DNA of 64,000 nt, from the NCBI GenBank assembly GCA_038142325.1, contig JAYQJW010000002.1:192001-256000 (forward strand), written 5' to 3'. Below, piece after piece: positions 34,792 to 48,116 of the stretch (position 1 is the first letter of the stretch; every line of letters starts with the position of its first letter). The notes beneath the pieces were generated by a model. The model was not told the DNA's origin. It saw only the letters and a program-made list of their open reading frames with translations, and ran no database searches. The position numbers were made by a program, and so were the translations under genes. The DNA is from Gammaproteobacteria bacterium (lineage in GTDB: Bacteria > Pseudomonadota > Gammaproteobacteria > GCA-002705445 > GCA-002716945).

Positions 34792-37700
34792 TTATGCAAC
34801 TTTATTTATGCTATTTTTCTTAATATCTTCCATTGATGAATTAATAGGTTTTACTAATTTAATATATTTAAATTCTTCAGAAATATTTTTCATAATATAT
34901 TTCGCATTAATACTTTTAGTTTCGTTTATATAATCTCTCATTATTTTTTTGAAATAATTAACAATAGTCTTATCCGTATCTTGAATTTTCATTAATTCTA
35001 CTGAGCTTTGATTAATACTTTCGTTAAGCTTATTGTCTCTATCATAGACAAAGGCAATGCCGCCTGTCATTCCAGCACCAAAATTAGTGCCAACACTTCC
35101 TAGTACAATGGTGCAACCACCTGTCATGTATTCACAGCAATGATCTCCAGCTCCCTCTATTACTGAAATAGCTCCGGAATTTCTAACAGCAAATCTTTCT
35201 CCAGCTTTTCCTTCAGCATATAATCTACCGCCTGTAGCTCCATATAAACATGTATTACCAATAATACTGTTTTGTGAGGCAGCATCTTTGAAGTCAACTG
35301 TTGCTTTGATAATTATTTTTCCGCCAGCCATTCCTTTTCCGACATAATCATTTGCATCTCCTGTTAGATACAATTCAACGCCACCTGCATTCCAAACCCC
35401 AAGGCTTTGACCTGCAGTTCCATTCAATATAATTTTGATAGGATTGTCTGACATTCCATAATTACCGTAACTCTTGGCTATCTCACCAGACAAACTTGCA
35501 CCTATTGATCTATCAAGATTTTTAATATTATATTTTAGACATATACTCTCTTTCTTCTCGACAGCTTTTTTAGAATCTTTAAGAATTCTTCTAGCAAGGA
35601 TGCCCTTATCATAAGGAGCATTGGTTTTTGTAGTACAATGTTTTTGAGATTTTTTATTTGTAATGGTTAACATTTTTTTCAAACTGAGCGCCTTATGTTT
35701 TTGTGTGACACCTTTGTTGATAGTTAGTAAGTGAGTTTGTCCAATAAGTTCATCAATTGTTTTAATACCAAGTTCAGCCATTATTTCTCTTGTCTCTTGT
35801 GCAACAAATTTGAAATAGTTTACAACTCTCTCAGGACTTCCAGAAAAATGTTTCATCCTAAGGATTTTATTTTGAGTGGCAACACCGGTAGCACAATTAT
35901 TCAGATGACAAATACGTAAGTATTTACATCCCAGTGCAACCATAACGGATGTTCCAAATCCAAAGCTCTCTGCTCCTAATAGTGCGGCTTTGATAACATC
36001 AAGACCTGTTTTAAGCCCTCCATCTGTTTGAATTCTTACTTTGTGCCTCAAATTATTTAGCATTAATGTTTGTTGTGTTTCAGCGATACCCATTTCCCAT
36101 GGAGAACCAGCATATTTAACAGATGTTAAAGGGCTTGCTCCGGTACCACCATCATATCCAGAAATAGTAATAAGATCGGCATAAGCTTTTGTAACACCAG
36201 CTGCAATGGTACCAACACCTTTTTGAGAGACTAACTTAACCGAAACCAAAGCTTTTTTATTAACTTGTTTTAAGTCATAGATTAGTTGTGCTAAGTCCTC
36301 AATACTGTATATGTCGTGATGTGGAGGAGGGGATATTAGGGTTACTCCCGGAACAGAATACCTCAGCTTAGCAATATATTGATCTACTTTATCACCAGGC
36401 AGCTGCCCGCCTTCGCCAGGTTTAGCACCTTGTGCAATTTTAATTTGTATTACATCAGCATTAACCAAATAATGTGGTGTAACACCAAATCTTCCAGATG
36501 CTACTTGTTTAATTTTTGATGTTTTATTTGAATTATATCTTTTTATATCCTCGCCACCTTCGCCTGAATTTGATCTGCCTCCAATAGTATTCATCGCAAT
36601 AGCTAGAGCTTCATGCGCTTCTGGTGATAACGCTCCAAGCGACATACCTGCTGTATCAAATCTTTTGAGAATGCTTTTAGCTGATTCAACCTGACTCAGA
36701 GGTATAGCTTTTTTAGATTTCAGATTAAACAAATCCCTTAGAAAACTAGGATCTCTTGAATGAACTAGGTTAGAAAATTTTTGATAATCAGCATAATCTC
36801 CTGTGGTTACACATTCTTGAAGGGCTTTGACAACATCAGGATTATAGTCATGATATTCACCACCAGCTGTAAATTTAAGAAGACCACCTTTACCTATACC
36901 ATCAGATTTTTTAAGAGAATATTTTTTATTATTTTTTAGATCATCTTCAATATCATCGAAACTTGCACCCTCTATTCTTGATACATTATTTTTAAAACAT
37001 AGATTAATGACATTTGTATTTATGCCAATAATTTCAAAAAGCTGCGCACCTCTGTAGCTAGAAACACAAGATATGCCCATTTTAGACATTATTTTCAGTA
37101 AACCTTTATTGATACCTTTTATGTAATTGTTGACATGACTTGGATATATTTTTTTATCAAAACTATTTCTTAAGATCATATCGTGAATAACTCCATAAGC
37201 TAGGTAAGGGTATATAGCAGAAGCGCCATAGCCTAAGAGAACTGCAAAATGATGAGAATTCCATGCTGAAGCTGTCTCAACTATTATGTTGCAATCACAT
37301 CTGAGTCCTTGATCTATAAGTTTATGATGAACTGCTCCTACTGCCATGATTGCTGGAATTGTCATCTGTTTATCATTCATATCTGAGTCAGATAAAACGA
37401 TTAATACTGTTCCTTTTTTAACACTTCTAACTGCACGATCACAAATAGTATTAATAGCCTCTTCTAAATCAATATTTGAGTCATAATGAAGGCTTAAACA
37501 ATCTTTATTGAAATCTTTTTGGTGTAAGGATGTGATTTTTTCAAATACCTGTTTTGACAGAACTGGAGAGTTTAATACCAATCTACCTGCATGCAAAGAA
37601 GACTCTTCAAACAGATTTCTTTCAACTCCAAGACACGTCTCAAGTGACATCACGCTCGTTTCTCTAAGTGAATCAATAGGTGGATTAGTAACCTGAGCAA

Positions 37701-39243
37701 ATTGTTGTCTAAAATAATCAAAAATTGATCTTGATTGTTTTGATAGTACTGGCATTGGAGTATCGTCGCCCATTGAGCCTGTAGCTTCTAAACCAAGATT
37801 TGCCAAAGGTAAAATCACATCTTTTTCTTCTTCAATCGTTACCCCATAAAATTTTTTATAGCCCAATAAGTCATTGTGGCTCAGCGCTATAGGTTTCTCA
37901 TTCTCTGTATTAAATGATTCTAGATTGATTGAATTTTTATTTAGCCATTCATCATAAGGGTGTCTATCTTTTAAAATTTTATTTATATCATCTGATAAAA
38001 GAATTTCACCATTTAGAGTATCAACTGCAAGCATATCACCTGGAGCCAATCTTCCTTTTTTTAAAATCTCGGAATCATCATAATCATAAACTCCTACTTC
38101 TGAGGCTAATGTGATGTGACGGTCTTTAGATATGACATACCTAGCAGGCCTTAATCCATTTCTATCAAGAACACATGCGGCATATCTCCCGTCAGTTAGT
38201 ACTATTCCTGCAGGTCCGTCCCAAGGCTCCATATGCATTGAGTGATACTCAAAGCATGCTTTTAGTTTTTTATCTATTTGGTTGTTATTTTGCCATGCTG
38301 GAGGCATTAGAGTTCTCATGGCTCTAAAGACACCCATATCACCAGCCAGCAAATATTCAAGCATATTATCCAATGAGTATGAATCTGAGTCATGCATTGA
38401 TACTACTGGATGTAATGTATCTAATTCTGGCAAGTCAGAAATGTTTAGTTTATTTCTTCTTGCCATGTACCAATGTCTGTTACCTTGAATTGTATTAATT
38501 TCTCCATTATGCGCTAAATGTCTAAATGGCTGGGCTAACTTCCATTGAGGAAGTGTATTTGTTGAAAATCTTTGATGGAAAACACATAGTGATGTTTTCA
38601 TATCTTTATGTGTTAGATCTGGATAAAATTTTTGTATGTTTTCCGATACTATTAATCCTTTATATGAGATTACTTTTGAGGATAAGCTACAAATGTACAA
38701 TTCAGGATCATTAAGTATCTTTTCAACCTGTAGGCTTGCAATATTCAATTTCTTTTGATTTTCGTTTTCATGAAGACTGTCATTACCAGAAACAATGATT
38801 TGCTGTATATCTGGAGCTGATGCCAAAGCATCTTTACCACAAACTTTTTTATCAACAGGGACATTTCTCCAACCAAGTACGTCTAGACCTAGTTTTCTAA
38901 TTTGGAAATAGAACGTTTCTTTTATTTTTTTATGTTTAGATTTATTTTTTGGAAGAAACACTGTACCGAATGCATAATTGGAACCTAAATCTATTTTTAG
39001 TTGATCAGCACAATAATGAAAAAATTGATCAGGCTTCTTAATAAGAAGACCACATCCATCACTAGATTTACCATCATCAGATACTGCACCTCTGTGTTTT
39101 AGCCTATTAAGTGCTTCGATGCTCGTATCAATAACCCAACTAGATGGCTTATCATCCATGTTAGCAATTAATCCAAATCCGCAATTATCCCTTTCAAAAG
39201 TAGGAGAATACAGCGAATTCTTTGTCTTATGTCCCGATGTCAT
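34792..39243 (-). CDS. gltB: Glutamate synthase large subunit
   Basis: ERDNCGFG, HQRFSTNT, HNGEINT, QGAKPGEGGQLPG, CHLNNCATG. Confidence 0.98.
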   Translation of the reverse strand: MTSGHKTKNSLYSPTFERDNCGFGLIANMDDKPSSWVIDTSIEALNRLKHRGAVSDDGKSSDGCGLLIKKPDQFFHYCADQLKIDLGSNYAFGTVFLPKNKSKHKKIKETFYFQIRKLGLDVLGWRNVPVDKKVCGKDALASAPDIQQIIVSGNDSLHENENQKKLNIASLQVEKILNDPELYICSLSSKVISYKGLIVSENIQKFYPDLTHKDMKTSLCVFHQRFSTNTLPQWKLAQPFRHLAHNGEINTIQGNRHWYMARRNKLNISDLPELDTLHPVVSMHDSDSYSLDNMLEYLLAGDMGVFRAMRTLMPPAWQNNNQIDKKLKACFEYHSMHMEPWDGPAGIVLTDGRYAACVLDRNGLRPARYVISKDRHITLASEVGVYDYDDSEILKKGRLAPGDMLAVDTLNGEILLSDDINKILKDRHPYDEWLNKNSINLESFNTENEKPIALSHNDLLGYKKFYGVTIEEEKDVILPLANLGLEATGSMGDDTPMPVLSKQSRSIFDYFRQQFAQVTNPPIDSLRETSVMSLETCLGVERNLFEESSLHAGRLVLNSPVLSKQVFEKITSLHQKDFNKDCLSLHYDSNIDLEEAINTICDRAVRSVKKGTVLIVLSDSDMNDKQMTIPAIMAVGAVHHKLIDQGLRCDCNIIVETASAWNSHHFAVLLGYGASAIYPYLAYGVIHDMILRNSFDKKIYPSHVNNYIKGINKGLLKIMSKMGISCVSSYRGAQLFEIIGINTNVINLCFKNNVSRIEGASFDDIEDDLKNNKKYSLKKSDGIGKGGLLKFTAGGEYHDYNPDVVKALQECVTTGDYADYQKFSNLVHSRDPSFLRDLFNLKSKKAIPLSQVESAKSILKRFDTAGMSLGALSPEAHEALAIAMNTIGGRSNSGEGGEDIKRYNSNKTSKIKQVASGRFGVTPHYLVNADVIQIKIAQGAKPGEGGQLPGDKVDQYIAKLRYSVPGVTLISPPPHHDIYSIEDLAQLIYDLKQVNKKALVSVKLVSQKGVGTIAAGVTKAYADLITISGYDGGTGASPLTSVKYAGSPWEMGIAETQQTLMLNNLRHKVRIQTDGGLKTGLDVIKAALLGAESFGFGTSVMVALGCKYLRICHLNNCATGVATQNKILRMKHFSGSPERVVNYFKFVAQETREIMAELGIKTIDELIGQTHLLTINKGVTQKHKALSLKKMLTITNKKSQKHCTTKTNAPYDKGILARRILKDSKKAVEKKESICLKYNIKNLDRSIGASLSGEIAKSYGNYGMSDNPIKIILNGTAGQSLGVWNAGGVELYLTGDANDYVGKGMAGGKIIIKATVDFKDAASQNSIIGNTCLYGATGGRLYAEGKAGERFAVRNSGAISVIEGAGDHCCEYMTGGCTIVLGSVGTNFGAGMTGGIAFVYDRDNKLNESINQSSVELMKIQDTDKTIVNYFKKIMRDYINETKSINAKYIMKNISEEFKYIKLVKPINSSMEDIKKNSINKVA

Positions 39244-39278
39244 AGTAGGAACATTTTACCATAAATATTAATTTAAAA

Positions 39279-40355
39279 TTAACTGATGAAGTTTTTAGAT
39301 AAGTCTAATAGATATTTATCATTTATTTTGTCATCTATAAATGCGCTACCAATTTCATTCAGAAGAATAAACCTATTCTTTCCAGAAATTTTTTTCTTGT
39401 CATGATTTAGGTGCTTCATGAGTGATAACACATTTACACCCTTGGGTATCATGGTAGGCATATTCATAGTATTTAGCATGTCCTCGATTTCACAGTATTC
39501 TTCATGATTTAAGTAACCTCGATCCGCAGAGATTGCAGAGGCAATATTCATCCCAATACTAACTGCCTCTCCATGCAAGATTCCTTTATAGTTTTTAGAA
39601 GCTTCAATTGCATGCCCAAAAGTATGACCGAAATTGAGCAATGCTCTAATTCCATTTTCTAATTCATCTTCAGTCACAACTTGTGCTTTGATAGTCGCAC
39701 AAGTATGCACTATCTTGATAATGTCTTCATCATTCAAACTAAGAATTTTTTCGGAGTTTTTATTAATATAATTAAAAAATTTTTTATTTTTTATTAACGC
39801 ATATTTTATAACTTCAGCCATCCCAGCCATGAATTCTTTTCTGGGTAATGTTTTGAGGGTATTGGTATCAATTAACACTAACTTTGGATGCTTGAAAGAA
39901 CCGATAAGATTTTTTCCTAGAGGATGATTTACTCCACATTTACCGCCAATCGATGAATCAACTTGTGCAAGGAGTGTTGTTGGAATATGAATTAGGGATA
40001 CTCCCCGCATAAATGTGTCTGCAGCAAATGCAACAAGATCACCTATTACGCCACCACCAAGTGCAACTAATGTCACTGACCGGTCATATCTGTTTTTAAG
40101 AAGGAAGTTATATACTTTTTCTAGAGTTTGAGTAGTTTTATATCTTTCTCCATCAGGCAATATTAATGAATTAACATTGAAGTCTTTGAATAGTCGGTTA
40201 ACTTGTTTTAAGTACAATCTCCCAACTGTAGTGTTTGTGATAATAACAACATCCTTATTTTTGATATACTTTGATACATCAAATTTTTTTATAGCATTGT
40301 TATCAATTATTATAGGTATACTGTTTGACGAAGTTTTGAGATTAACTTTTTTCAC
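39279..40355 (-). CDS. aroB: 3-dehydroquinate synthase
   Basis: GGGVIGD, PTTLLAQVDSSIGGK, LNFGHTFGHA; GTG start. Confidence 0.97.
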   Translation of the reverse strand: MKKVNLKTSSNSIPIIIDNNAIKKFDVSKYIKNKDVVIITNTTVGRLYLKQVNRLFKDFNVNSLILPDGERYKTTQTLEKVYNFLLKNRYDRSVTLVALGGGVIGDLVAFAADTFMRGVSLIHIPTTLLAQVDSSIGGKCGVNHPLGKNLIGSFKHPKLVLIDTNTLKTLPRKEFMAGMAEVIKYALIKNKKFFNYINKNSEKILSLNDEDIIKIVHTCATIKAQVVTEDELENGIRALLNFGHTFGHAIEASKNYKGILHGEAVSIGMNIASAISADRGYLNHEEYCEIEDMLNTMNMPTMIPKGVNVLSLMKHLNHDKKKISGKNRFILLNEIGSAFIDDKINDKYLLDLSKNFIS

Positions 40356-40357
40356 AT

Positions 40358-40861
40358 TTAATTTTCAATTTGATTCATTATTGATGATAATACATCTTCT
40401 TTATCTAAATATGAAACATCTACTACTAAATCTGCTAGATCAGAATATATAACACCTCTTACTTCATCGAGATCTTTAAGTATAGTTTTCAAATCACCCT
40501 CAATTAATAAAGGTCTATGCTTTCTGTGTTTAACTCGATTATATTGAACATCGATAGATATCTTTAGATATATCTTATAACCATTATTTAAAATTTTTTT
40601 ATTATCTTGACTAAGTACTGCGCCACCACCAGTTGAAATAACAAATTCATTTAAAGCAGAATATTTTTTTAAAATATCTGATTCTATTTTTCTAAAATAA
40701 TTTTCACCATTTTCTTTGAATATGTCTGAGATAACCATTTTTTTCCTTTTGTTCTATTTTTTTATCAATATCAATAAAAGGAAGATGTAGTTTGCTTGCC
40801 AACATTTTACCAATGGTAGTTTTCCCTGATCCCATGGATCCTATCAAATAAATTTTATTTC

Positions 40862-40865
<4 letters not shown>
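40358..40865 (-). CDS. aroK: Shikimate kinase (frameshift near 40740)
   Basis: [17 protein letters not shown] from ATG 40865; GENYFR, STGGG, RPL. Confidence 0.93.
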
Positions 40866-43314
<2,449 letters not shown>

Positions 43315-43353
43315 TTATACTAGAGTTAGAGATAGATAGCGATATCGAGCTAA

Positions 43354-43806
43354 TTAGCTTAAGTGTTTTTTAATCAATTGACTCACGAGAGACAAATCAA
43401 TATTATCGCCATGGTTTTTTTTGATTTCACCCATCGCTTTGCCCATCTCTTTAATTGAACTAATGCTCATTTCATTCAGGGTTTTTTTAACCATTTGCTC
43501 TGTATCATCTTCATTCATAACTTCAGGCAAATATTTTTCTAATAGCTCCATCTCTTTTTTTTCTTTTTCAGCAAGTTCAACTCTATTGGCAGCTGTAAAT
43601 TGATCAAACGAATCTTTATTTCTTTTTATGAGAGATTTTAAAACTTTGATAACGTCAGAGTCACTTAAATCTGATTTTTTTTCTTTTTCTTCTTTGTTGA
43701 TAAAGGATAAAGCAAATCTTAGAATAGAAGAATTATCTTTATTACCTTCTTTTAAAAAACTTATTTGATCTTTTTGGATACTATCTTTGATAGCTGATTT
43801 AGACAT
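43354..43806 (-). CDS. yqeY: GatB/YqeY domain protein
   Basis: R.ELAEKEKKE...YLP, KEMGKAMG; follows rpsU. Confidence 0.9.
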   Translation of the reverse strand: MSKSAIKDSIQKDQISFLKEGNKDNSSILRFALSFINKEEKEKKSDLSDSDVIKVLKSLIKRNKDSFDQFTAANRVELAEKEKKEMELLEKYLPEVMNEDDTEQMVKKTLNEMSISSIKEMGKAMGEIKKNHGDNIDLSLVSQLIKKHLS

Positions 43807-43812
43807 AAAAAA

Positions 43813-44037
43813 TTAGAATTTCTTATACGGTGGTTTTTTTCTGAGAGTGTCCATGCTGACTTTTCTTTTACATCTCTTGGTAGCAGCAGCAATTTTTCTT
43901 TTTCTCATTGCTGTAGGCTTCTCATAAAATTCTCTTCTGCGTGTTTCAGTTAAGATACCGGCTTTCTCGCAGCCTCTCTTGAATCGTCTAAGCGCGATTT
44001 CAAAAGGTTCGTTTTCTCTTACTTGTACACTAGGCAT
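43813..44037 (-). CDS. rpsU: 30S ribosomal protein S21
   Basis: [21 protein letters not shown]...REFYEKP; probable ATG at 44037. Confidence 0.96.
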   Translation of the reverse strand: MPSVQVRENEPFEIALRRFKRGCEKAGILTETRRREFYEKPTAMRKRKIAAATKRCKRKVSMDTLRKKPPYKKF

Positions 44038-44115
44038 AATTGTCCTAAATAATTTAATATTGCGTAATATTACTGAATATTGTTCATAAAGCAAGTTTTT
44101 ACTTATAATAGTTAG

Positions 44116-45105
44116 GTGTATATTTTAGGTATAGAATCATCTTGCGACGATACTGGTCTTGCAATAGTAAGCTCCAAAGACGGAGTCATCTCACACCTTA
44201 CAAGTTCACAACACGAAATACATGCGAAATATGGTGGAATTGTTCCAGAGCTTGCATCACGAGATCATGTAAAAAAGTTTATTCCTCTTTTAGATTTGTT
44301 GTTAAGTAAATCTAATCTAAACTTGCAAGACATCTCCATGATCGCATTTACAAATGGCCCAGGCCTGCTTGGACCACTTCTAGCAGGCGCATCGCTTGCT
44401 AAATCTTTAGGATGGGTTAACAAAATACCTACTGTAGAGATAAATCATCTTGAGGCTCATATATACTCACCGATGATAACTGAGAAGAATCTTAAACCTC
44501 CTTTTATTTCACTGCTTGTCTCTGGAGGCCACACAATTTTATCAAGAGTTGATAAAGATTTTAAGATTACCACACTTGGAACAACGCTCGATGATTCTGC
44601 TGGAGAATGTTTTGATAAAATAGCGCGAAAGCTAGGACTCGATTATCCAGGGGGGCCTGCAATTGCAAATAGATCGGAGCTTTCAAAAAACAGTGCCTTC
44701 AAATTTCCAAGACCCATGATTAATAGTGAAAACTATAATTTTAGTTTCAGTGGACTAAAAACACATGTAATAAACTTGATACAAAAATTAGATTTAAATG
44801 AGGAAAATATTAATAATATTTCTTATGAACTGCAAAATTCTATTGTTGAAACTTTAATAAACAAAGCTACAAAGGCGTCTAAAAATTTTAATATAGAAAA
44901 CATCGTAGTTACTGGGGGCGTTAGTGCTAATAGAAAATTACGAGAAGATTTTGATAAGATTGACGGTTACAATATTTATTTCCCTGATGTAAAGTTTTCT
45001 ACTGATAATGGAGCTATGATTGCATATTCAGGTTATCTGAAATCTCAAACACCAGATTGTTATTCAAGCTTAAAAGTTAAACCGAACCCGTCTCTAACTA
45101 TCTAG
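44116..45105 (+). CDS. tsaD: tRNA threonylcarbamoyladenosine transferase
   Basis: [40 protein letters not shown]. Confidence 0.96.
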   Translation: MYILGIESSCDDTGLAIVSSKDGVISHLTSSQHEIHAKYGGIVPELASRDHVKKFIPLLDLLLSKSNLNLQDISMIAFTNGPGLLGPLLAGASLAKSLGWVNKIPTVEINHLEAHIYSPMITEKNLKPPFISLLVSGGHTILSRVDKDFKITTLGTTLDDSAGECFDKIARKLGLDYPGGPAIANRSELSKNSAFKFPRPMINSENYNFSFSGLKTHVINLIQKLDLNEENINNISYELQNSIVETLINKATKASKNFNIENIVVTGGVSANRKLREDFDKIDGYNIYFPDVKFSTDNGAMIAYSGYLKSQTPDCYSSLKVKPNPSLTI

Positions 45106-45663
45106 TAAATCTATTATATTCTTCTTATGATTTGTCAGGATGACTATCGAATGAAGAGTGGTAATTAGTATTATCCAATAATCGCTACTAAAGAAATAAG
45201 CTATCAAGGGTAAACTTAAAAAACTTATTATCGCTGATAATCCTGATATTTTTTTTAAAAGAAAAATAATTATCCACACTAATATTATTGTGAACCCTAT
45301 TTGATAATCTATGGCTAAAAGAAATCCAAAAGAAGTCGCCACTCCCTTTCCACCTTTAAAGTTGTTGAAAACAGAAAACATATGTCCTAATAAAATAACT
45401 AATGAATAAAGATAAGCATTTAAAGGTTCGTTAAAGGTTAATAAGTAAATTGGCAGGAAACCTTTCAAGAAGTCACCCAAAAATGTCAAAAAACCTGCAA
45501 TTGGGCCAGCTACTCTATACATGTTGGTTGCACCTGGATTATTGGAACCAGATGTTCTTGGATCATCTGTGGAGAGTAATCTATGAACAATTAGTGCAAA
45601 AGGTAGTGAACCAATGATGTAAAAGCTGACAAGAACAATTATATTAAAAGAATCAAGGTTCAT
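45094..45663 (-). CDS. plsY: Glycerol-3-phosphate acyltransferase
   Basis: GSNNPGATN, D.LKG, GHMF, KGGKGVAT. Confidence 0.94.
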   Translation of the reverse strand: MNLDSFNIIVLVSFYIIGSLPFALIVHRLLSTDDPRTSGSNNPGATNMYRVAGPIAGFLTFLGDFLKGFLPIYLLTFNEPLNAYLYSLVILLGHMFSVFNNFKGGKGVATSFGFLLAIDYQIGFTIILVWIIIFLLKKISGLSAIISFLSLPLIAYFFSSDYWIILITTLHSIVILTNHKKNIIDLLDS

Positions 45664-45700
45664 TTATAAAAGAATACACTAGTGATTTGTATTATTCTAA

Positions 45701-46411
45701 TTGGTAATGCTTAAAGATATATTTAATAGAGTTACGTTCATTCATGGTTGGTTATTTGGTAACTACATATGGACAAATGTTATTGATTATTTTGATTCTA
45801 TAAATAATAAAAATTTTGTTACTTTTAACGGATATAGTGATAATTCAAATGAATTTGATAGAGAGGATAAAGTAAAGTTAATTCTAAATTCAACAAACAA
45901 GGATGATCTAATTATCGCATATTCATTTGGCGCATCATCAATACTAACTAATAAATACTTAAACAATTGCAAAGGTTCAATAATATTAATTAATCCATTT
46001 TTTAGCGAAAAAAAAGATTCAATAAAAGAATTGCATAACAGTATAAATACTGATTTCCATGAAGGAATTAAAAAATTCATGTTTAATTGCGTAAAAGGTA
46101 GTTCAAATACGAAAAAAAATTATTCGGAGTTACATAAACTTTTTTACCACAATTATACTCCTTCAGTTGATTTATTATCTTCAGAATTAGATGAGATGAT
46201 GCAGGTTGAATTATCAAACCACTCTATCGATAAAAAACTTGATATTCATATTCTTCAAAGTAAAAACGATGAAGTTAATAGCATGCAATATATTTCGCAC
46301 CTAGAAAAACAAAAGATCTCAGTAGTGAAAGTTGATAGTTGTCCTCATTATCCTTTTTTTGAATTCAATAAAATCTATGACATCATAAATAATATTTATG
46401 GAAATTCGTAA
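45701..46411 (+). CDS. Divergent alpha/beta hydrolase, BioH-like
   Basis: HGW, AYSFG nucleophile elbow, ND and H.PF triad positions; directly before bioC. Confidence 0.6.
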   Translation: MVMLKDIFNRVTFIHGWLFGNYIWTNVIDYFDSINNKNFVTFNGYSDNSNEFDREDKVKLILNSTNKDDLIIAYSFGASSILTNKYLNNCKGSIILINPFFSEKKDSIKELHNSINTDFHEGIKKFMFNCVKGSSNTKKNYSELHKLFYHNYTPSVDLLSSELDEMMQVELSNHSIDKKLDIHILQSKNDEVNSMQYISHLEKQKISVVKVDSCPHYPFFEFNKIYDIINNIYGNS

Positions 46412-47210
46412 GTCATTCTCTAAAAGAGCAAATACATATGATGAACAGTCTTTTATTCAACAAGATGTTAATAAAAGATTATTAAACAGACTTCGTCTGA
46501 TTAAGCATAGTCAATCTAATGTTCTAGAGATAGGGTCTGGTACCGGTAAACTGTCATGCGATATTATCAACGAATATCCCGATGTTAATTTAATTTCAAT
46601 GGACTTATCACTTGAAATGTTGAAAAAGCATAAATTAAAAAATCCAGAGACAAATTGCTTAGTTGGTAATGCTGAAAACCCACCATTTAACTATTTGTCA
46701 TTTGACACGATTCTATCAAGTCTAACACTTCATTGGTGCAACATTAGTAGTGATATCTTCTTTAGATTTTATAATCTTCTCAAACCAAATGGACTCTTGC
46801 TTTTTTCCGTTGCTGGACCGGATACATTCAGTGAATTTAGAAAACTCTCAAATAATATATCCCAAAAACTACGTTTTCATCCACTTATGGATATGCATTA
46901 CTATGGCGATTTTTTGCTGGAAGCACATTTTAAAGACCCTGTTGTTGATAGTGAGAAAATTGTTTTAGAATTTGAGACTTTTGATGAGCTACTCAAATCA
47001 ATTCGTTACACTGGAACTAATATTACTTCATCGTTAGGAAGTCAATATTTTGGAAAGACAGAATACAAAGCATTGAAAGAAAGTATGTATAATGCGTCTT
47101 CTAACTCATATGAACTTACATATGAAATTATTTATGGATATGCTCTAAAACCCAATAAAACCTTAGGTAAATCAGGTAATTTGATACAAATCAAAGAAGT
47201 AAAAAAATAG
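46398..47210 (+). CDS. bioC: Malonyl-ACP O-methyltransferase
   Basis: SFSKRANTYD, LEIGSGTG, SSLTLHW, GPDTF.E, TYEIIYG. Confidence 0.85.
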   Translation: MEIRKSFSKRANTYDEQSFIQQDVNKRLLNRLRLIKHSQSNVLEIGSGTGKLSCDIINEYPDVNLISMDLSLEMLKKHKLKNPETNCLVGNAENPPFNYLSFDTILSSLTLHWCNISSDIFFRFYNLLKPNGLLLFSVAGPDTFSEFRKLSNNISQKLRFHPLMDMHYYGDFLLEAHFKDPVVDSEKIVLEFETFDELLKSIRYTGTNITSSLGSQYFGKTEYKALKESMYNASSNSYELTYEIIYGYALKPNKTLGKSGNLIQIKEVKK

Positions 47211-47305
47211 TAAATTAGAAATTCCATAAGTACTAATATTTTGTTAATATTGATTTCGAAAAGTAAGTTATTGAAGGAATAATAACCACACATTAAGAAA
47301 TAGAT

Positions 47306-48106
47306 ATGAATAAATTATCACTGTTTATAGTAACAATGTTCACCTCATTATCGAGCATGGCTGATTGGGAAGTCAACATGCCTAGAGGAGTATCACCAAC
47401 AGCTAATGCTGCGTATGATTTACATATGTTGATCTTCTATATTACTGTTGTTATCGGTATTATTGTTTTTGGAGTAATGTTTTACTCTATTTTTCATCAC
47501 AGAAAATCAAAAGGCGCTAAACCAGCCTCATTTCATGAAAGCACAACAGTTGAAATTATTTGGACTGTTATACCATTTGTAATTCTTGTTGGGATGGCAG
47601 TGCCGGCAACAAAAACACTCATAATGATGGAAGATACACGAGATTCAGAAATAACCCTTAAGGTAACTGGCTACCAATGGATGTGGAAATATGATTACGT
47701 CGAGGACAATGTCTCATTTTTTAGTAAACTTGACAACAATAGCAATGAAGCTAGACAGCTTGGATCTAAAATTGATGTTAACCAAGTAGATAACTATCTA
47801 CTTAATGTAGACAATGAAGTTGTACTTCCAACTGACACAAAAGTAAGAATACTATTAACTGCAAGTGATGTAATTCATGCATGGTGGGTTCCAGAAATTA
47901 CTGGTAAAAAAGATGCTATTCCTGGCTACATTAATGAGCTTTGGGTAGATATCAAAAAGCCCGGTGTTTATAGAGGGCAGTGTACTGAACTATGCGGGAA
48001 AGATCATGGATTTATGCCAATCGTTGTCCGTGCTGTACCTAAGCAGGAATATGTGAAATGGGTTTCATTAAATCAAAAAAATCGAGTAGCAGATAAATCA
48101 GAATAA
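47306..48106 (+). CDS. coxB: Cytochrome c oxidase subunit II
   Basis: [18 protein letters not shown] CuA motif. Confidence 0.96.
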   Translation: MNKLSLFIVTMFTSLSSMADWEVNMPRGVSPTANAAYDLHMLIFYITVVIGIIVFGVMFYSIFHHRKSKGAKPASFHESTTVEIIWTVIPFVILVGMAVPATKTLIMMEDTRDSEITLKVTGYQWMWKYDYVEDNVSFFSKLDNNSNEARQLGSKIDVNQVDNYLLNVDNEVVLPTDTKVRILLTASDVIHAWWVPEITGKKDAIPGYINELWVDIKKPGVYRGQCTELCGKDHGFMPIVVRAVPKQEYVKWVSLNQKNRVADKSE

Positions 48107-48116
48107 GGAAGTTAAA

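Noticed and set aside
45270-45278. Perfect DnaA box TTATCCACA
   Set aside because: Isolated and inside the plsY coding sequence (VWII codons); expected by chance.
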